Positions 27,850 through 40,809 of a stretch of 64,000 nucleotides of DNA are shown in pieces. The stretch lies in assembly GCA_964016885.1 (NCBI GenBank), contig OZ024742.1, forward strand, positions 5,208,001 to 5,272,000, given 5' to 3'. The notes under the pieces were generated by a model. That model had not been told where the DNA came from and did no database searches. It saw only the letters and a program-made list of their open reading frames with translations. The stretch comes from Eledone cirrhosa (lineage: Eukaryota). A program made the translations under genes and the position numbers. How positions within the stretch are numbered: the first letter of the stretch is position 1; the number at the start of each line of letters is the position of its first letter.

Positions 27850-30800
27850 CAAATTCACCTCATGGACGAGAATGTAAGGGCTCCTCCTCTTTGTTTCGGT
27901 TGCGGATGGTTAACATAACCCATCTCCCCCATTTCCCCCCGCTCCCACCCTCCAAACGCAATCCAAAATTTCAGAGTTGGTACCATGAATGTAGGCACCT
28001 TAAAGGGTCGCTCTAATGAGGTTGTAGAAATGCTTAAACGTAAGGAGGTCGATGTTTGTTGTATTCAAGAGACCAGGTGGAGGGGTGAGTCTGCTAGATT
28101 CATCGTGGGTAAAGAACGATGCTATAAGCTTTTCTGGGTGGGAAATGACGGTGGGCTGGGTGGAGTAGGAATCATGGTAGCAGAAAAGTGGGCAGATAAG
28201 ATAATAGACGTAAATAGAGTGAACGACAGAATAATTAAAATAAGACTTGTCCTCAATAGAACTACGGTGACAGTAATATCTGCGTACGCACCCCAATCCG
28301 GACTGCCCGGCACTATAAAAGACAGATTCTATGAGACACTGATGCTCACTACTTCCCAAATAACCAACAGTGACTATATAATTATTGCTGGCAACCTAAA
28401 TGGTCACGTTGGACAACATTGTGACGGCTATAACGGAATCCATGGAGGCTATGGGTTTGGTACTAGAAATGAGGAAGGCTCCAGAATCCTGGAATTCTGT
28501 GACGCAAATAACCTAACTATCTGTAACACTAACTTCAAAAAACGAGACAATCACTTGATCACCTATAGATAGGGACACACACAAGCCAGGTAGATTATAT
28601 CCTTACCAGGAGACGTGACAGAGTGTCTGTTGTAAACACTAAATCCCTCCCCCATGAAGAATGCACGTCTCAACATAGACTCATAATTAGCGACCTCATA
28701 GTCAGGACGAGACGTATTCGACAACAGAAGAGGACTATCCTCAGGAGAAAAATATGGAAATTAAAGGACCCCACAGCCAGTAATAAATTTAAAAGCATAT
28801 TACTTGATGCTTTTGATAGTAAGGAAGAGCAATTAGAGTCGTACAATATAGAGGAAGAGTGGGAATTCCTGAAAGCTAACCTGTTGAAGGCGACAGATGA
28901 AACCTGTGGCTGGAGCAGGCCTCTAGACAGGAGGAGAGTAACTTGGTGGTGGAACAGTAAGGTGGAGAGGTCAATCAAGGCCAAAAAGCAGGCTTGGAAA
29001 GCATGGCGAGATGGGGGAAGTAGAGAAGACTATCAAGTGGCCAGGAGGGAAGCTAGGAGACAAGTGTACTTAGCAAGAAGGGAAGCAGAAGAAAGAAAGT
29101 TCAAGCATGTTCTACAACGCGAGGACCAAAAAGTGAGGTGTTCAGGATTGCTAGGCAATGTGTCAAGGAAAACAGTGATATTGTCGGGGAGAAGTGTGTC
29201 CTAAATGATGATGGTGTACTTGCCATCACTGACGCTGATAAGAAGGTAGCTTGGAAGTGTCACTACGAAAGGCTACTAAATGAGGAGAATAATTGGGAGA
29301 AAGACAGTCTCCCCCACATCGACCCAATAGAGGGACCAGCAGTGCAAGTTGAAGGTAGTATAATAAGTAAGGCGATCAAAGACATGAAGACGGGCAAGGC
29401 GTCCGGGCCTTTGGAAATAGTTGCCGAAATGCTGAAAGCATCTGGAACGGTGGGACACACAATGGTCACCCGTATAGTAAACCAAGTCATACAGAATGGG
29501 GTCGTTCCGAAGAACTGGCGCAGCAGCATCATCATTAACTGCTACAAGGGTAAAGGTGATGCCCTAGATAGGGGAAACTATAGAGGCATTAAATTAATTG
29601 ACCAGGTCATGAAGGTCACAGAAAAAGTAATAGCGCAACTAATCAGAGAGAGAATTGATCTAGACGAAATGCAGTTCGGGTTTGTGTCAGGTAAAAGTAC
29701 AACAGACGCTCTTTTCATTGTGCAACATCTACAGGAGAAGTACCTAGCTAAAAGTAAACCCCTATACTTAGCTTTTGTTGACTTGGAGAAAGCCTTCGAC
29801 AGAGTACCCCGCTTGATTATCTGGTGAGCCCTTAGAAAACTAGGTGTTGATGAATGGCTTGTGAGAGCTATACAAGCCGTGTATAAAGAAACAGTCAGCA
29901 AGGTTAGAATTAACAACGAATATAGTGAAGAGTTTAGCGTAAAAGTTGGTGTTCATCAGGGCTCCGTCCTTAGCCCCCTACTATTTATTATTGCCCTTCA
30001 GGCTATAACAGAGGAGTTCAAGACCGGCTGCCCATGGAAACTCCTATATGCAGATGATCTAACGCTCATAGCTGAATCAATGGCTGAACTAGAAAATAAA
30101 TTCCAAACATGGAAGCATGGCCTAGAATCAAAAGGCCTTAAAGTTAATTTGTCTAAGACTAAAGTTCTAGTTTGTAGGAAGGAAAATAGGGCACCGGTCC
30201 CATCTAGGAAATGGCCATGCTCAGTGTGTAGGAAAGGAGTAGGTAGAAACTCCATTTTATGTCCCAAATGCAAAGTATGGCTACATAAAAGATGTAGTGG
30301 GATAACAGGTAAGCTAACTAAGAATATAGATTTTATATGTGGCCGGTACTCTGGTGCAATAAGTAGCACACAAGTGCCCACAGAATACTAACTCATTCCA
30401 TTGCACAGATGGTTCTATAGAAATAGTGGACAGTTTCCGTTACCTGGGTGATAAAATCAGCAGTGGGGGAGGGTGCTCTGAAAGTACAGTAGCTAGAGTC
30501 AGAACGGGATGGAAAAAGTTAAGAGAGCTTATACCACTATTGGCCGTTAAAGGGTTCTCTCTAAAAATGAAAGGCAGGCTGTATGATGCCTGCATACGAA
30601 CAGCAATGTTACATGGCAGTGAGACCTAGGCATTGTGTGCAGAGGATATACGCAGACTGGAGAGAAACGAAGCTTGCATGCTCCGCTGGATGTGTAATAG
30701 TAATATACGTGAACGGCAAAGCATAAACGAAATAAGGGAGAAATTAGAAATAAGAGGGATCAGATGTTTACTCGAGAGAAGACTATGTTGGTATGGTCAC

Positions 30801-31388
30801 GTGATGCGCATGAAAGACGACAGCTGTATAAAAATGTGCAGGGCAATAAAAATAAACGGTAGCCACGGAGTAGGCAGACCCAGAAAAACCTGGGACGACT
30901 TGATAAATTCCGACCTCACACACTTACACCTCTCCAAGACAATGTCACTGGACCGAGTTCTTTGGCGCTACACAGTAATAGAGAAGACCCGCCTTACCTA
31001 AGTGCAAAGTAAAACCTACTACAGTCAGTAGGCACCTCTAACAAAATACACCCCCGTCCCACTACCCCCACCCCATCCACACCACCCCTTTCAATGTAAA
31101 GTTATGTTGGTACCACAACATCCAGCCCGAAATAAATGAGGTCGTGTAGGTGTCACGACAAAAACACACACAGTCCACGCTGTAATGTGGGCGTGTAGGT
31201 AACACGGTAAAAACCTCCCAGTTCCACACTGTAAATGTGGTTGGTGTTAGGAAGGGCATTCAACCGTAGAAAACCCGCCAGACAGTCCTATGCGAGCAAG
31301 ACAACCACTCTTGCCTCAAGTGGGAAAACTCCCGTCCAAACCCATGCGAGCGTGGAATATGGACGTTAAACGAAGATCATGATGATGA
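27850..31388 (+). mobile_element. RTE family B, near full length, inactivated
   Basis: [10 protein letters not shown] (APE) through FVDLEKAFDRVPR, GVHQGSVLSP, LLYADDL and GRPRKTW; stops and frameshifts at ~28570, 29133, 29825, 30370, 30627; ~390-bp 3' UTR and (GAT)n tail. Confidence 0.95.
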
Positions 31389-31473
31389 TACATATATACA
31401 TATACATACATATATACACATACATACACATATATACATACATACACATACACACACACACATACATACATAT

Positions 31474-31526
<53 letters not shown>

Positions 31527-31593
31527 TATATACATATACACACACACACATATATACACATACACACACATATATACATATACACACACACAC

Positions 31594-31627
<34 letters not shown>

Positions 31628-31710
31628 ACATCCATACATACATACATATACATTAGTATTCACACATACATATACATACCAGTACCCATACATATATGTA
31701 TATATCAGTA

Positions 31711-31830
31711 TTTCGAGTACGGCCACTACATTATATTCATGTAGGAGAACCCCTACCAATGCGCTGAACGAGTGTGACTTTTTAGTCCAGCCAGCGACTT
31801 GAAAACTCTTGTACAATCACTACACTTGTG
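31711..31830 (-). mobile_element. Non-autonomous RTE-derived element, 3' fragment
   Basis: Reverse complement of ~43635-43755. Confidence 0.75.
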
Positions 31831-31955
31831 ATAATTATATATCTATCTACCTACATATCTATCAATTATATATCTATCTATCTACCTACATATCTATCAA
31901 TTATATATCTATCTATCTATCTACCTACATATCTATTTATGTATCTCAAAACCTT

Positions 31956-32540
31956 TTGCAACGTCTATCTTGAGATGTTAAACACCCTCTTCCGCCATAT
32001 GATGCTTGTTTGCCAAGGGGAGATAATTACATGATTGACTTTGACACGTGCGTACACACCAAACAAACTTAGACACGCCCACATACAGCAATGGTAGACG
32101 AACGGCGCTGAATTTGATTTTCGGTGAAAACGTAACAAGTTGTGTTTCATTGTTTGAACAAACGGACCACTATTATTTCTTCTGGAAACTTTTTTTTTAT
32201 TTATTCTTACCCTCCTTTCTCGTCCATGGGAGCAAATAAGACATTTATTTTACAAGAGAGTCACTTCAGAAAATTACGCTATCAATATTGATACAGCACA
32301 TAATAGTGATAACCATTTCAATGCAACAACTTAAACAACAATAATATTAATGATATAAGGAAAAAGAGTTCAGAGGAAATTTAACAGAAGAAAGAAGAAA
32401 TGAATTAAGAGAGAAAACTAGAATTTCTCAATGAAGCAAGACGAGGAAGACAAAGGTATGCTAAACATGTGTTTAATTAACATTACAAATTGTTCAGTTC
32501 TTTCAGAATGAAAATAAAAACACATAATACAATGTGTATA
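31956..32540. repeat. Duplicated non-coding block, copy 2 (paralogue 1-670)
   Basis: Colinear alignment by eye. Confidence 0.9.
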
Positions 32541-32649
32541 AAAATATCTCTATTTGATTTCTAGCTTCGAAAAACTGTCACAATTTATTTATGAAAATGC
32601 AAAGGAACGGTTGAACAACGGAGCCAACATCAGAGCAAAAGACAGCAGC

Positions 32650-32900
32650 GAGGGGTAAATTTTTCAGCCTGTGGGGAGTCGGGCCGCTGACTGCGAGGTT
32701 CCTCTCTTCACTGGCGGCTCGCCTAATAGAGGTAACTGGCGAGGGCGCTTGTTTCTTCCAGCACCTCAGCCTCGCCATCACTCGAGGTAACACTGCCAGT
32801 GTGCTGGCTTGCCTTAAAAATCATTAGAGAGGTTGCCCAGTACCCCTGGCTGCTGTCTTTTGCTCTGGTGTTGGCTCTGTTTTCCACCCCTTCAATTTAT
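32650..32900 (+). mobile_element. CRE-like (RLE-type non-LTR) 3' terminal fragment
   Basis: Plus frame reads LWGVGPLTARFLSSLAARLIEVTGEGACFFQHLSLAITRGNTASVLACL, resembling the QRLSxAIQRGNAASVL C-terminus of CRE elements. Confidence 0.7.
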
Positions 32901-33304
32901 ACTGTTACTTAAGCATTTGTAGTGTTATGTATATATTTAAAACATATTTATGTTATTCTACTGTAAATTTATTTATATTCTTTGTATATATCATATGTGT
33001 TTATATTTTCACTCCCATTTGTAACGTTATTTAATATATAATAATTGTTTCTACTTTTGGCACAAGGCCGGCAAATATTCAGTGTATTACTGGTACTTTA
33101 TTTAATATATAATAACATTTCAAATTGTAAGATGTAAATAATTGTTCCAAATGTATTTAGTTGATAATAAACTATCAAATTTCTCTTTTATTCACAGTTG
33201 TATAAATAACATTAGAAATCGTTTGCAATTCTTTCAGAATGAAAATATAAACAGAGCATATAAATAAATTTACAGTAGAATAACATAACAAATATGTTTT
33301 AAAT

Positions 33305-33370
33305 ACAGTGATATCTTGAGATACGAGTGAACCGACATACGAGTTTTTTTTTAGATACGAGCTAACGCGT
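33305..33370 (+). mobile_element. Tc1/mariner (pogo/Tigger-like) terminus fragment
   Basis: TA+CAGTGATATCTTGAGATACGAGT with iterated GATACGAG motifs. Confidence 0.4.
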
Positions 33371-33487
33371 GCCTGAGAGGGGGTGCAGAATTAATTTCGC
33401 CCGGTGAACCCCAACCAAAGTTACTCCCGTCGTTTATATCCGTAAAGTGACTAAAGATTAAAACAAATGTAATATATTTACGATTAG

Positions 33488-33549
33488 GGTTGGGGCGATA
33501 CTTGGTTTTAGTGTCCTTTAGGACACTAAAACCAAGTATCGCCCCAACC
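33488..33549. repeat. Perfect palindrome, 30-bp arms with a 2-nt spacer
   Basis: GGTTGGGGCGATACTTGGTTTTAGTGTCCT-TT-AGGACACTAAAACCAAGTATCGCCCCAACC. Confidence 0.97.
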
Positions 33550-33929
33550 ATTCATCGACATTCAGTTATTAGCTCCACCCACTACACGATACGTCACGAC
33601 ACGCCATCAGCTGCTGCTACTTGATATTTACATGTTAATTTTCTTACATGCTTCATTTTTACACGAAAAAACATTGAATTTTTAGAATAAATATTTATTA
33701 AAATATTAACAGAGAAAATTAGATTTTTGATTTAATTTTTGAACAAAATAAATATTTATTTACAGTTTTTCACAGAAAAACTATGCTTCATTTTTACATG
33801 AATATTTATTTACAGTTTTTAACAGAAAAATATTGCTGCGAAATACATTTTTTTTTAAACAGATTTACAGTTTTTAACAACAGAAAAAAAAATTCTTTAA
33901 ACAATATATTGTTGCGATATACAGTAATT

Positions 33930-34435
33930 TTTTTTTACCTGTGCAATTGTATGCGTGATGTATGTAGTGAATGGGTTGAGCAAAATCTGGCGATACTCGG
34001 TGGTCTTGATTCTAACAGAATACGAATAACTGTACAAATTGAGGAGAGCAAATATTTTCATCGTAAATATGCTCGTGGGCTCTGGCATGAAGGACATTGT
34101 GTCATTGGCGCAATTGATACTAATAATTCCCGCAATATTTTTCTCCATGAAATCCCTGATCAGGCTGCTGAGACTGCTGCCTCTCATTGAAAGGCACTGT
34201 GCAAATGGATCTATGATCCATACAGATGAGTGGCGGGTATGCCAAATGTGCTTGGTCGTTATACACATCTCACTGTCAATCATTCAAAAAGCATTTCGTT
34301 GATCCCATATCAAGTACATACACGCAAAATATTGAGGGGGGTGTGGTCTGATGCCAACAAGAAACTAAAACGCATCAATGGTACCAGCCGACCAATATTT
34401 CAGTCGTATTTAAGGTAGTTTGAGTGGCAATGTCA
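33930..34435 (+). pseudogene. Merlin (IS1016/IS1595-like) DDE transposase remnant
   Basis: VQIEESKYFHRKYARG, VIGAID, LLPLIERHCANGSMIHTDEW, HLTVNHSK, HTQNIEGVWS across three frames. Confidence 0.88.
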
Positions 34436-34519
34436 CGTATCCAACTGGTGAAGGTAAATGTTTCGAAAAAAATGTAGTTGTTCTAATGCAGTTTATATAT
34501 AATATCGTCTTTGTTTTAA

Positions 34520-36080
34520 TGCGTAGTGGAACTACGTCGCAACACCAACATTTGCATACGCAATAATGTCAAACTGACCAATGGGAGGTTGCGTATGAAT
34601 ACATGGGCAATCTCACTCTCTTGTTAAAAACCCGAGACAGTCGTCGCGTGCCAGACAGATCGACACAGTTAACGCGTGAAGACGTATCTATAAAAATGGT
34701 GACCTGGCTGTAAAGAATACATCCTTCACACACATAAAAAAAATGTCGAGTTTACAATAACACAATATTTTGTTTGCACATGGCATTTTTGTCCAATGTG
34801 GCGACTCACCTCCTATTTCTTCATCACTTATTCTCGCGCTTTTACTTTGGCCAACATAAGCGCACTCTTTACTGTTTCAAGGATACTACGGACTTTAAAA
34901 AATTATTTTTAAATGTTTTGTTCGCAACTATTTTGTTAAAGTTTACGAACGTCTTTGATGTACACCTTGGCGACTATACACCTACACAGCTCTTACGCTG
35001 ATAACATTTTGGAGTACTCCGGAAATTCGACCACTACTACGCCTTCACGACTTGCAACAAATACTTCACCTTTTCCTGTCGCATCAGTTTCGGCCAGCGC
35101 CACTTCGACAAACGAAGCAACACTAAAGGCCATCCTTGACCTTACGAAGGAGGTACAACTTCTTCGTTTATCCAAATCGAGATCTCCCCGACAACGGTCG
35201 CAGAATCGTTCGAATTATTCACGTCGTCGTTTCTAACCTTCACCATCGCGAGCATGCTTTTACCATATCCGTTTCGGAGCCTCTGCTCATAAATGTATCT
35301 CCAACGAAGTAACAGAGAATTAAGCACGACGTCTTCTCCGTAATTCAGTACTGAAAGTCGTGCATTTTTTATTACGGATTCCTTCTCGCACGCACGCTGC
35401 CTCATCGACACGGGTGCGTCTTGCAGCATTTGACCGTTAACACTCTTGAAAGAAAAACCTCCTCTCTCACACATATCACTACAAGCTATAAATCATTCAG
35501 CTATCCCTACGTATGGACAAATCTCTCGCTCTTTGGACCTGGATTTATGTAGAGATTTCTCATGGATTTTGACCATAGCTGATTAGGACTACCAGTTACC
35601 ACCCTGCATCTAATGCTACTCAGGACTCTACACTATATGTGACCCGTTTGCGTGCGTATTTTCAAGTCCTGCCTCATATGAAAACTAGGCAACAAACCTT
35701 TAAATCTTCTGTTCCGAGGGACTTTCCTCGTGGACCCATGTTTTTGTCAGAAATGACGCAGTGAGAAGTCCTCTCACTCCACCTTATTCTGGACCCTATC
35801 GTGTACTTGCACGTAGAGATAAACATTTCACCTTTGACTTTAATGGACATAAAGACACACTCTATTGACAGACTAAAGCGGGCCTACACAGATGCTCTCA
35901 CACCAGAGCCTCATACTCCCCTCTGCTACAATGTGTCAATACAAGCACCACCGCAAACACCACAATCACATTCAAACACTCCTTTACTTTCAACATACAT
36001 CAAACTGACCAATTGGAAGTTGCGTATGACAGACCGAACTGACTTGGAGATGATACAAACGCGCGAAAATTTATTGTAAA
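34520..36080 (+). mobile_element. Gypsy LTR retrotransposon remnant, internally deleted
   Basis: LTR-like segment duplicated (AAACTGACCAAT.GGA.GTTGCGTATGA at 34571 and 36002); PBS-like TGGTGACC at ~34697; gag remnant; protease CLIDTGASCS at ~35400; integrase C-terminus HVFVRNDAVRSPLTPPYSGPYRVL...SIDRLKRAY. Confidence 0.85.
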
Positions 36081-36479
36081 ATGACTCCTACAATCCTTTT
36101 CGACAAATAAAATTATATTTATAGAGGAGTGAGCATTGAAGAGCTATTTATTTATATCCTGGAAGTCAGAAGCATTTACTACCGATAAGAAGCTACCAAC
36201 TCTTCGATTAAGGTATTTCAATTATATCACTTATAACTAATATCCTTCGAAGACCTATAACAACAATGTAAAATCATATAGATAATATTTAGCCCCTGAT
36301 CCTTATCTATAAATGTATCATTTATCACATAAGACAGTGTAACACAGTCTTCGTTCAACTAATGTGTATATTGTCAATTGCGATTTTATTTGACGTATCA
36401 TATCTACATGTATATATACTTGCGTATAATATCAATATACACACTACACATGCTAGCAGAAAACCACCCGTAGTATATA

Positions 36480-37557
36480 TATATATAGCGTAGAGTGGAA
36501 TAGGCTACTTGAAATTTTCGAAAAATCGATAATCGGGCCCTATGACAATGTTTTTCGATTCCAATGAAATTTTATGTGAATTCGAACACAAGAACTCTTA
36601 GTTGATTCTTACCTTTCAGCTATGAATTGGGCAGTGCCTTAAAATCCCGTTTTATTTGCGTGCAATTGTTTTGTATCTTATGTATGGAGAATCGAAAACC
36701 CTTTTTCTCATAACCTGATACATGCGTTACACATGCTCCATGGTTGTTTGTGGACTATTTTTTTCAAAATACCAATATCACAGATTGGAGCACAAAAGGA
36801 AACGTTTGTTCTTCATTTAGTTAAATCCAGCGCCTTATAAACCAGTGTGTATCCGGGTACACTCGCTAGAAAGATAAATGGAAACATTGATTCCTCGGTC
36901 CGATTTGACGAAAGTAGATTTAGTTCCACAGCAAATTAACAAACCATACTTGAAGACACGTTGAGGCTGTTGCAAAGGGCAATAACCCTAGATACAATTT
37001 TGATCAACTTTTTTTCACCTATAGCAAATTTACCGTGACAGGTTTTTAGCTACTCAAATCTACTTAAGACATCACGCATTGATGTAAAAAATCAATAAAA
37101 CTGAAGCGGGGCTCGACTTTGCGCAAAAAAACAAGGCAAAGTTACACATGGAAAAACTTTTTACAGGAACGTCCGATATTCTTGAAAACTGTCACAAGAG
37201 ACTCGCCATTGTGCCGCGGTTAAGATAAAGGCCCTTTTAATTCTTCTTCTGCACATGTGAGCGCAAAAATTGTAAAAAAAAAAAAAAACCTGTAAAAAAT
37301 CGACATTTTCACCCTGCTTTAAATTAACGGAACATTCAATATCAAGCGATTTTGACTTCCGTCAGTCGTGCAGAGAACAATTTCAACGATACACTGTGTA
37401 ACTACAATTAATAAATTACACACCTGCGTCTACTGACCTATTTTTTTTTCATTGAAGTTCGAAGTTTTGAACCTGTGATGCGAGGGAAGTTACTTTCACA
37501 CATTCTAACAGACCAAAGGTCGACTTACACCCGGGCAACGCCGGGTACTTCTGCTAG
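36480..37557 (+). mobile_element. Non-autonomous Helitron
   Basis: 3' hairpin ACCCGGGCAACGCCGGGT plus CTAG at 37529-37557; the 5' boundary is uncertain. Confidence 0.55.
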
Positions 37558-37616
37558 TGTATGTATGTATATATAAGTATATATGTATGTATATATAAGT
37601 ATGTATGTATATATAT

Positions 37617-37659
<43 letters not shown>

Positions 37660-38074
37660 TGTCAATAATTACCTTTTTTTTTTTGACAAAAAACTTGAAT
37701 TTAAGTTGTCATGTTTACCTTAATTAATATTTTAAAAGAAAAGTTGGTTATTTTGACATCCCCCCCCCCCTCCCCAAACTAAAAACAAGACATAAAAATT
37801 TAAATTTAAGTTTTAATTGTAAAAGTAACATTCTCATATTTTAGCTCCTTGAGTTCCTTAAGTGCGTATTTCAGCTCGTATTCCCCATTTTCTAAACACA
37901 ATGCAACTGATGTTTTTGCAAGCGAATCTTCACTCATTGAATTCTGTATTCGTAGACCTGACTTTTCCCAGCAATTTACAATTGTCTTTTACAACCGAAT
38001 CCCATGCCTGGACTGACCAAAAATACCATGCAATAACTGTTTTTACTTTTGCCAGCAATTATTCCAGTGCATCA

Positions 38075-38150
38075 CTGGTACTTTATTTATCGACCCTATA
38101 AGGATGAAAGGCCAAGTTGAACTCGGAAAATAAAGGGGCGTAACTCATGA
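38075..38150 (-). mobile_element. tRNA-derived SINE fragment
   Basis: CTGGTACTTTATTTATCGACCC..AAGGATGAAAGGC matches 57705-57750. Confidence 0.65.
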
Positions 38151-39297
38151 CGTTCCTTTTAAATTGACACTTTCACATCTTTATTAACCAACTTTATTAA
38201 TAAAAATCGTATTGTAGTTGCATTTGAATGACCAAATTGTTCCTTGGTCTAAAGGTTGTAATTTTGTAGTTGTGTTCGAGGGTAGAAAAAAAAAGTTTTA
38301 TATTTTAAAAGCTTTGTTTGTGGCATGCTGCATTATCAAGGAGCAATAATACTTTTCTCTATTGTTTAAAAAATTCGTAATTGATTTCTTTTAGGTAAAA
38401 TGAAAATATATTGTCTGTCATCCATCCGTAATGTTCTTTTTATAATAAAATTCCTGTTTAGAAATGTCAATATTCTTGAAACAATGAGGTTTAAGGCTTT
38501 TTTCAGTAAAAAGGGGTTTAAACTTTTCACCAGTTGCACTACATGTGAATAGTACTGTAATTCTCTTTTGATTCCTCTAATTTTGTATTATCATCGTTAA
38601 GAAAAACATAACTTTTAGTCCCTCTCCTTATTCCTACCCTTTATGTCTCATCCTCGAATCCATATTCTCAGTCCCTGTCTCCTATTCCTTATCTCTCTAT
38701 CTCTTACTTTTTATTATTTATTTAATCCTTTGATATTTTATTATACAACTTGCCTTTTTATTTTGCTGATTTATAAACTCAAAACATATATCGTATTCCT
38801 TTTCATGTTATTGTTATCATTACTGTCATCATTATTTTATACATTCACTTACTCACCACTATAACTTCTACTACTACTATTATCAGAAACCGTATTTTGT
38901 ACTTATTTTTTACATCGTCATTCTTTCTTCTTTATACTTTTATTATTGTTTATCTTTTATTATTGATGTTTTCGTTTTCATTCACTCGATTCTCTGATGT
39001 ATCTATAAATGCTAATGCCATGTGTTACACCCTCCAGTATTCCGATGATTTTATCAGAGCCACACACTGTATTTAAGGTCGAGTGATTAGCGACTTTTAG
39101 ACTCACCTGTTCAATGAAACAATTGTTAGTACTGTAAATAAAACCCTTTTTATACAGCCGACCATCTTACTCTTCATTCTTTCACTACTATTACTCCAAG
39201 ATCGACCTGCATGGGAATTATTGCAAACTCGCTACCTAAGTAAGGAAACCTCTCACTGGATTACCTAAAACGATAACTTGTTATCCCATGTGTATAT

Positions 39298-39840
39298 ATC
39301 ATCATCATCATCATCGTTTAAAGTCTATCTTCCACGCTAGCATGGGTTTAGACGGGAGATGTCCCACTTGAGGCAAGATTGGTTTTTCTCGCTCGTATAG
39401 GACTGTCTGGCAGGTTTTCTACGGTTGGGTGCCCTTCCTAACACCAACCACGTTTAGTGTGGACTGGGAGGTTTTTACCGTGTTACCTACACGGGCACAT
39501 TACAGCGTGGAGATTTTTTTTTTTTTTTTTTTTTTTTTTTGTCGTGACATCTACACGACCTCATTTATTTAGGGCTGGATGTTGTGGTACCAACATAACT
39601 TTACAGAGAAAGAGGTTGGAGGAGAGGGTAGTAGGATGCGGGTGTATTTTTGGTTAAGAGGTGCCTACTGACGAGGTTTCGCGTTGTACATAGACAAATC
39701 AGGTCTTCTGTATTACTGCGTAGTGCCAAAGATCTCTGTCCTGTGACATTGTCTTGGAGAGATGTATGTAAGGTCGGAATTTATCAGATCGTCCCAGGTT
39801 TTTCTGGGTCTGCCTACTCCGTAACTTCCATCAATTTTGA
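39298..39840 (-). mobile_element. RTE family B, 3' end
   Basis: Reverse complement of ~30850-31388, with an (ATC)n tail at 39298-39315. Confidence 0.88.
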
Positions 39841-39872
39841 TATATATATATATGTGTGTGTATATGTATATA

Positions 39873-40028
39873 TTTGTCCTGGGTATGACATTAAACTACA
39901 TCCAGTGGCAAGGCTCAAGTTCAGGAGGAACTGTGGGGAACGTGGAGTTACCCCCTTAGTTGTCATAACTCCCAGGTCTGCTCTGGCCTGGTGTAGTAGT
40001 ACCTGTTAGGGCCCCATTTATAGGTTAA
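39873..40028 (+). repeat. Short interspersed repeat (second copy at 48652-48810, where it leads into an APE-like MGTLNVRTI start)
   Basis: TTGTCCTGGGTATGACATTAAACTACATCCAGTG...TACCTGTTAGGGCCCCATTTAT is shared by both copies. Confidence 0.75.
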
Positions 40029-40032
40029 ATAA

Positions 40033-40533
40033 TATGACAGATCGGGGTACCCTATCAAAGGCCTTCTCTAGGTCAACAAAGGCTAAGTATAGTGGCTTAT
40101 TTTTCTCTAAGAACCTCTCTTGTAATTGTCTCATCAAGAAGAGGGCATCTGTTGTACTATTCCCAGGCACAAAACCAAACTGCATCTCATCTAGTTTGAC
40201 CCTTTCTCTAAGTAGTTGTGCTAATATCCTTTCTGCCACTTTCATAACCTGATCCATCAGTTTTAAACCCCTATAATTTCTCCTCTCAAGAGCATCCCCT
40301 TTACTTTTGCACTAGTCTTTGGGTATGACACTGCCATATATAGCCTGATTGATGTGTGCAACCAGTTTAGTGCCTACGTCCCCTGAGGCCTTCAGCATCT
40401 CAACAACTATCTCCGATGGTCCAGCAGCCTCACCATTTTTCATTTCCTTAATCGCCTCTTGGACCCTGTATTCGTCAATCTCAATAGCTGGTTCCTCTGT
40501 CTGATCTACTGAGGGTAATTTCTCTCTCTCCCA
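40033..40533 (-). mobile_element. RTE family A, RT fragment
   Basis: WEREKLP...MDQVMKVAERILAQL...FVDLEKAFDRVPRSVI. Confidence 0.9.
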
Positions 40534-40559
40534 TATATATATATATATATAATATATAT

Positions 40560-40590
<31 letters not shown>

Positions 40591-40671
40591 CTTGAAATAT
40601 TTGTAAATGTCTGAGAGATTGGCTAAATGTTTTACAGTGTACTGTGCCACTAAACTGCACCATACTAAATC

Positions 40672-40747
40672 ACACTGCACTGCACTGCACTGCACTGTAC
40701 TGCACTGCACTGCACTGCACTGCACTGCACTGCACTGCACTGCACTG
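40672..40747. repeat. (TGCAC)n pentanucleotide repeat
   Basis: Direct reading. Confidence 0.97.
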
Positions 40748-40809
40748 TTCACTCTAACGCTACTGTTTTCTATTTTGCAGTTATGATCAGTAAGAAAAAG
40801 GAAGTTATT

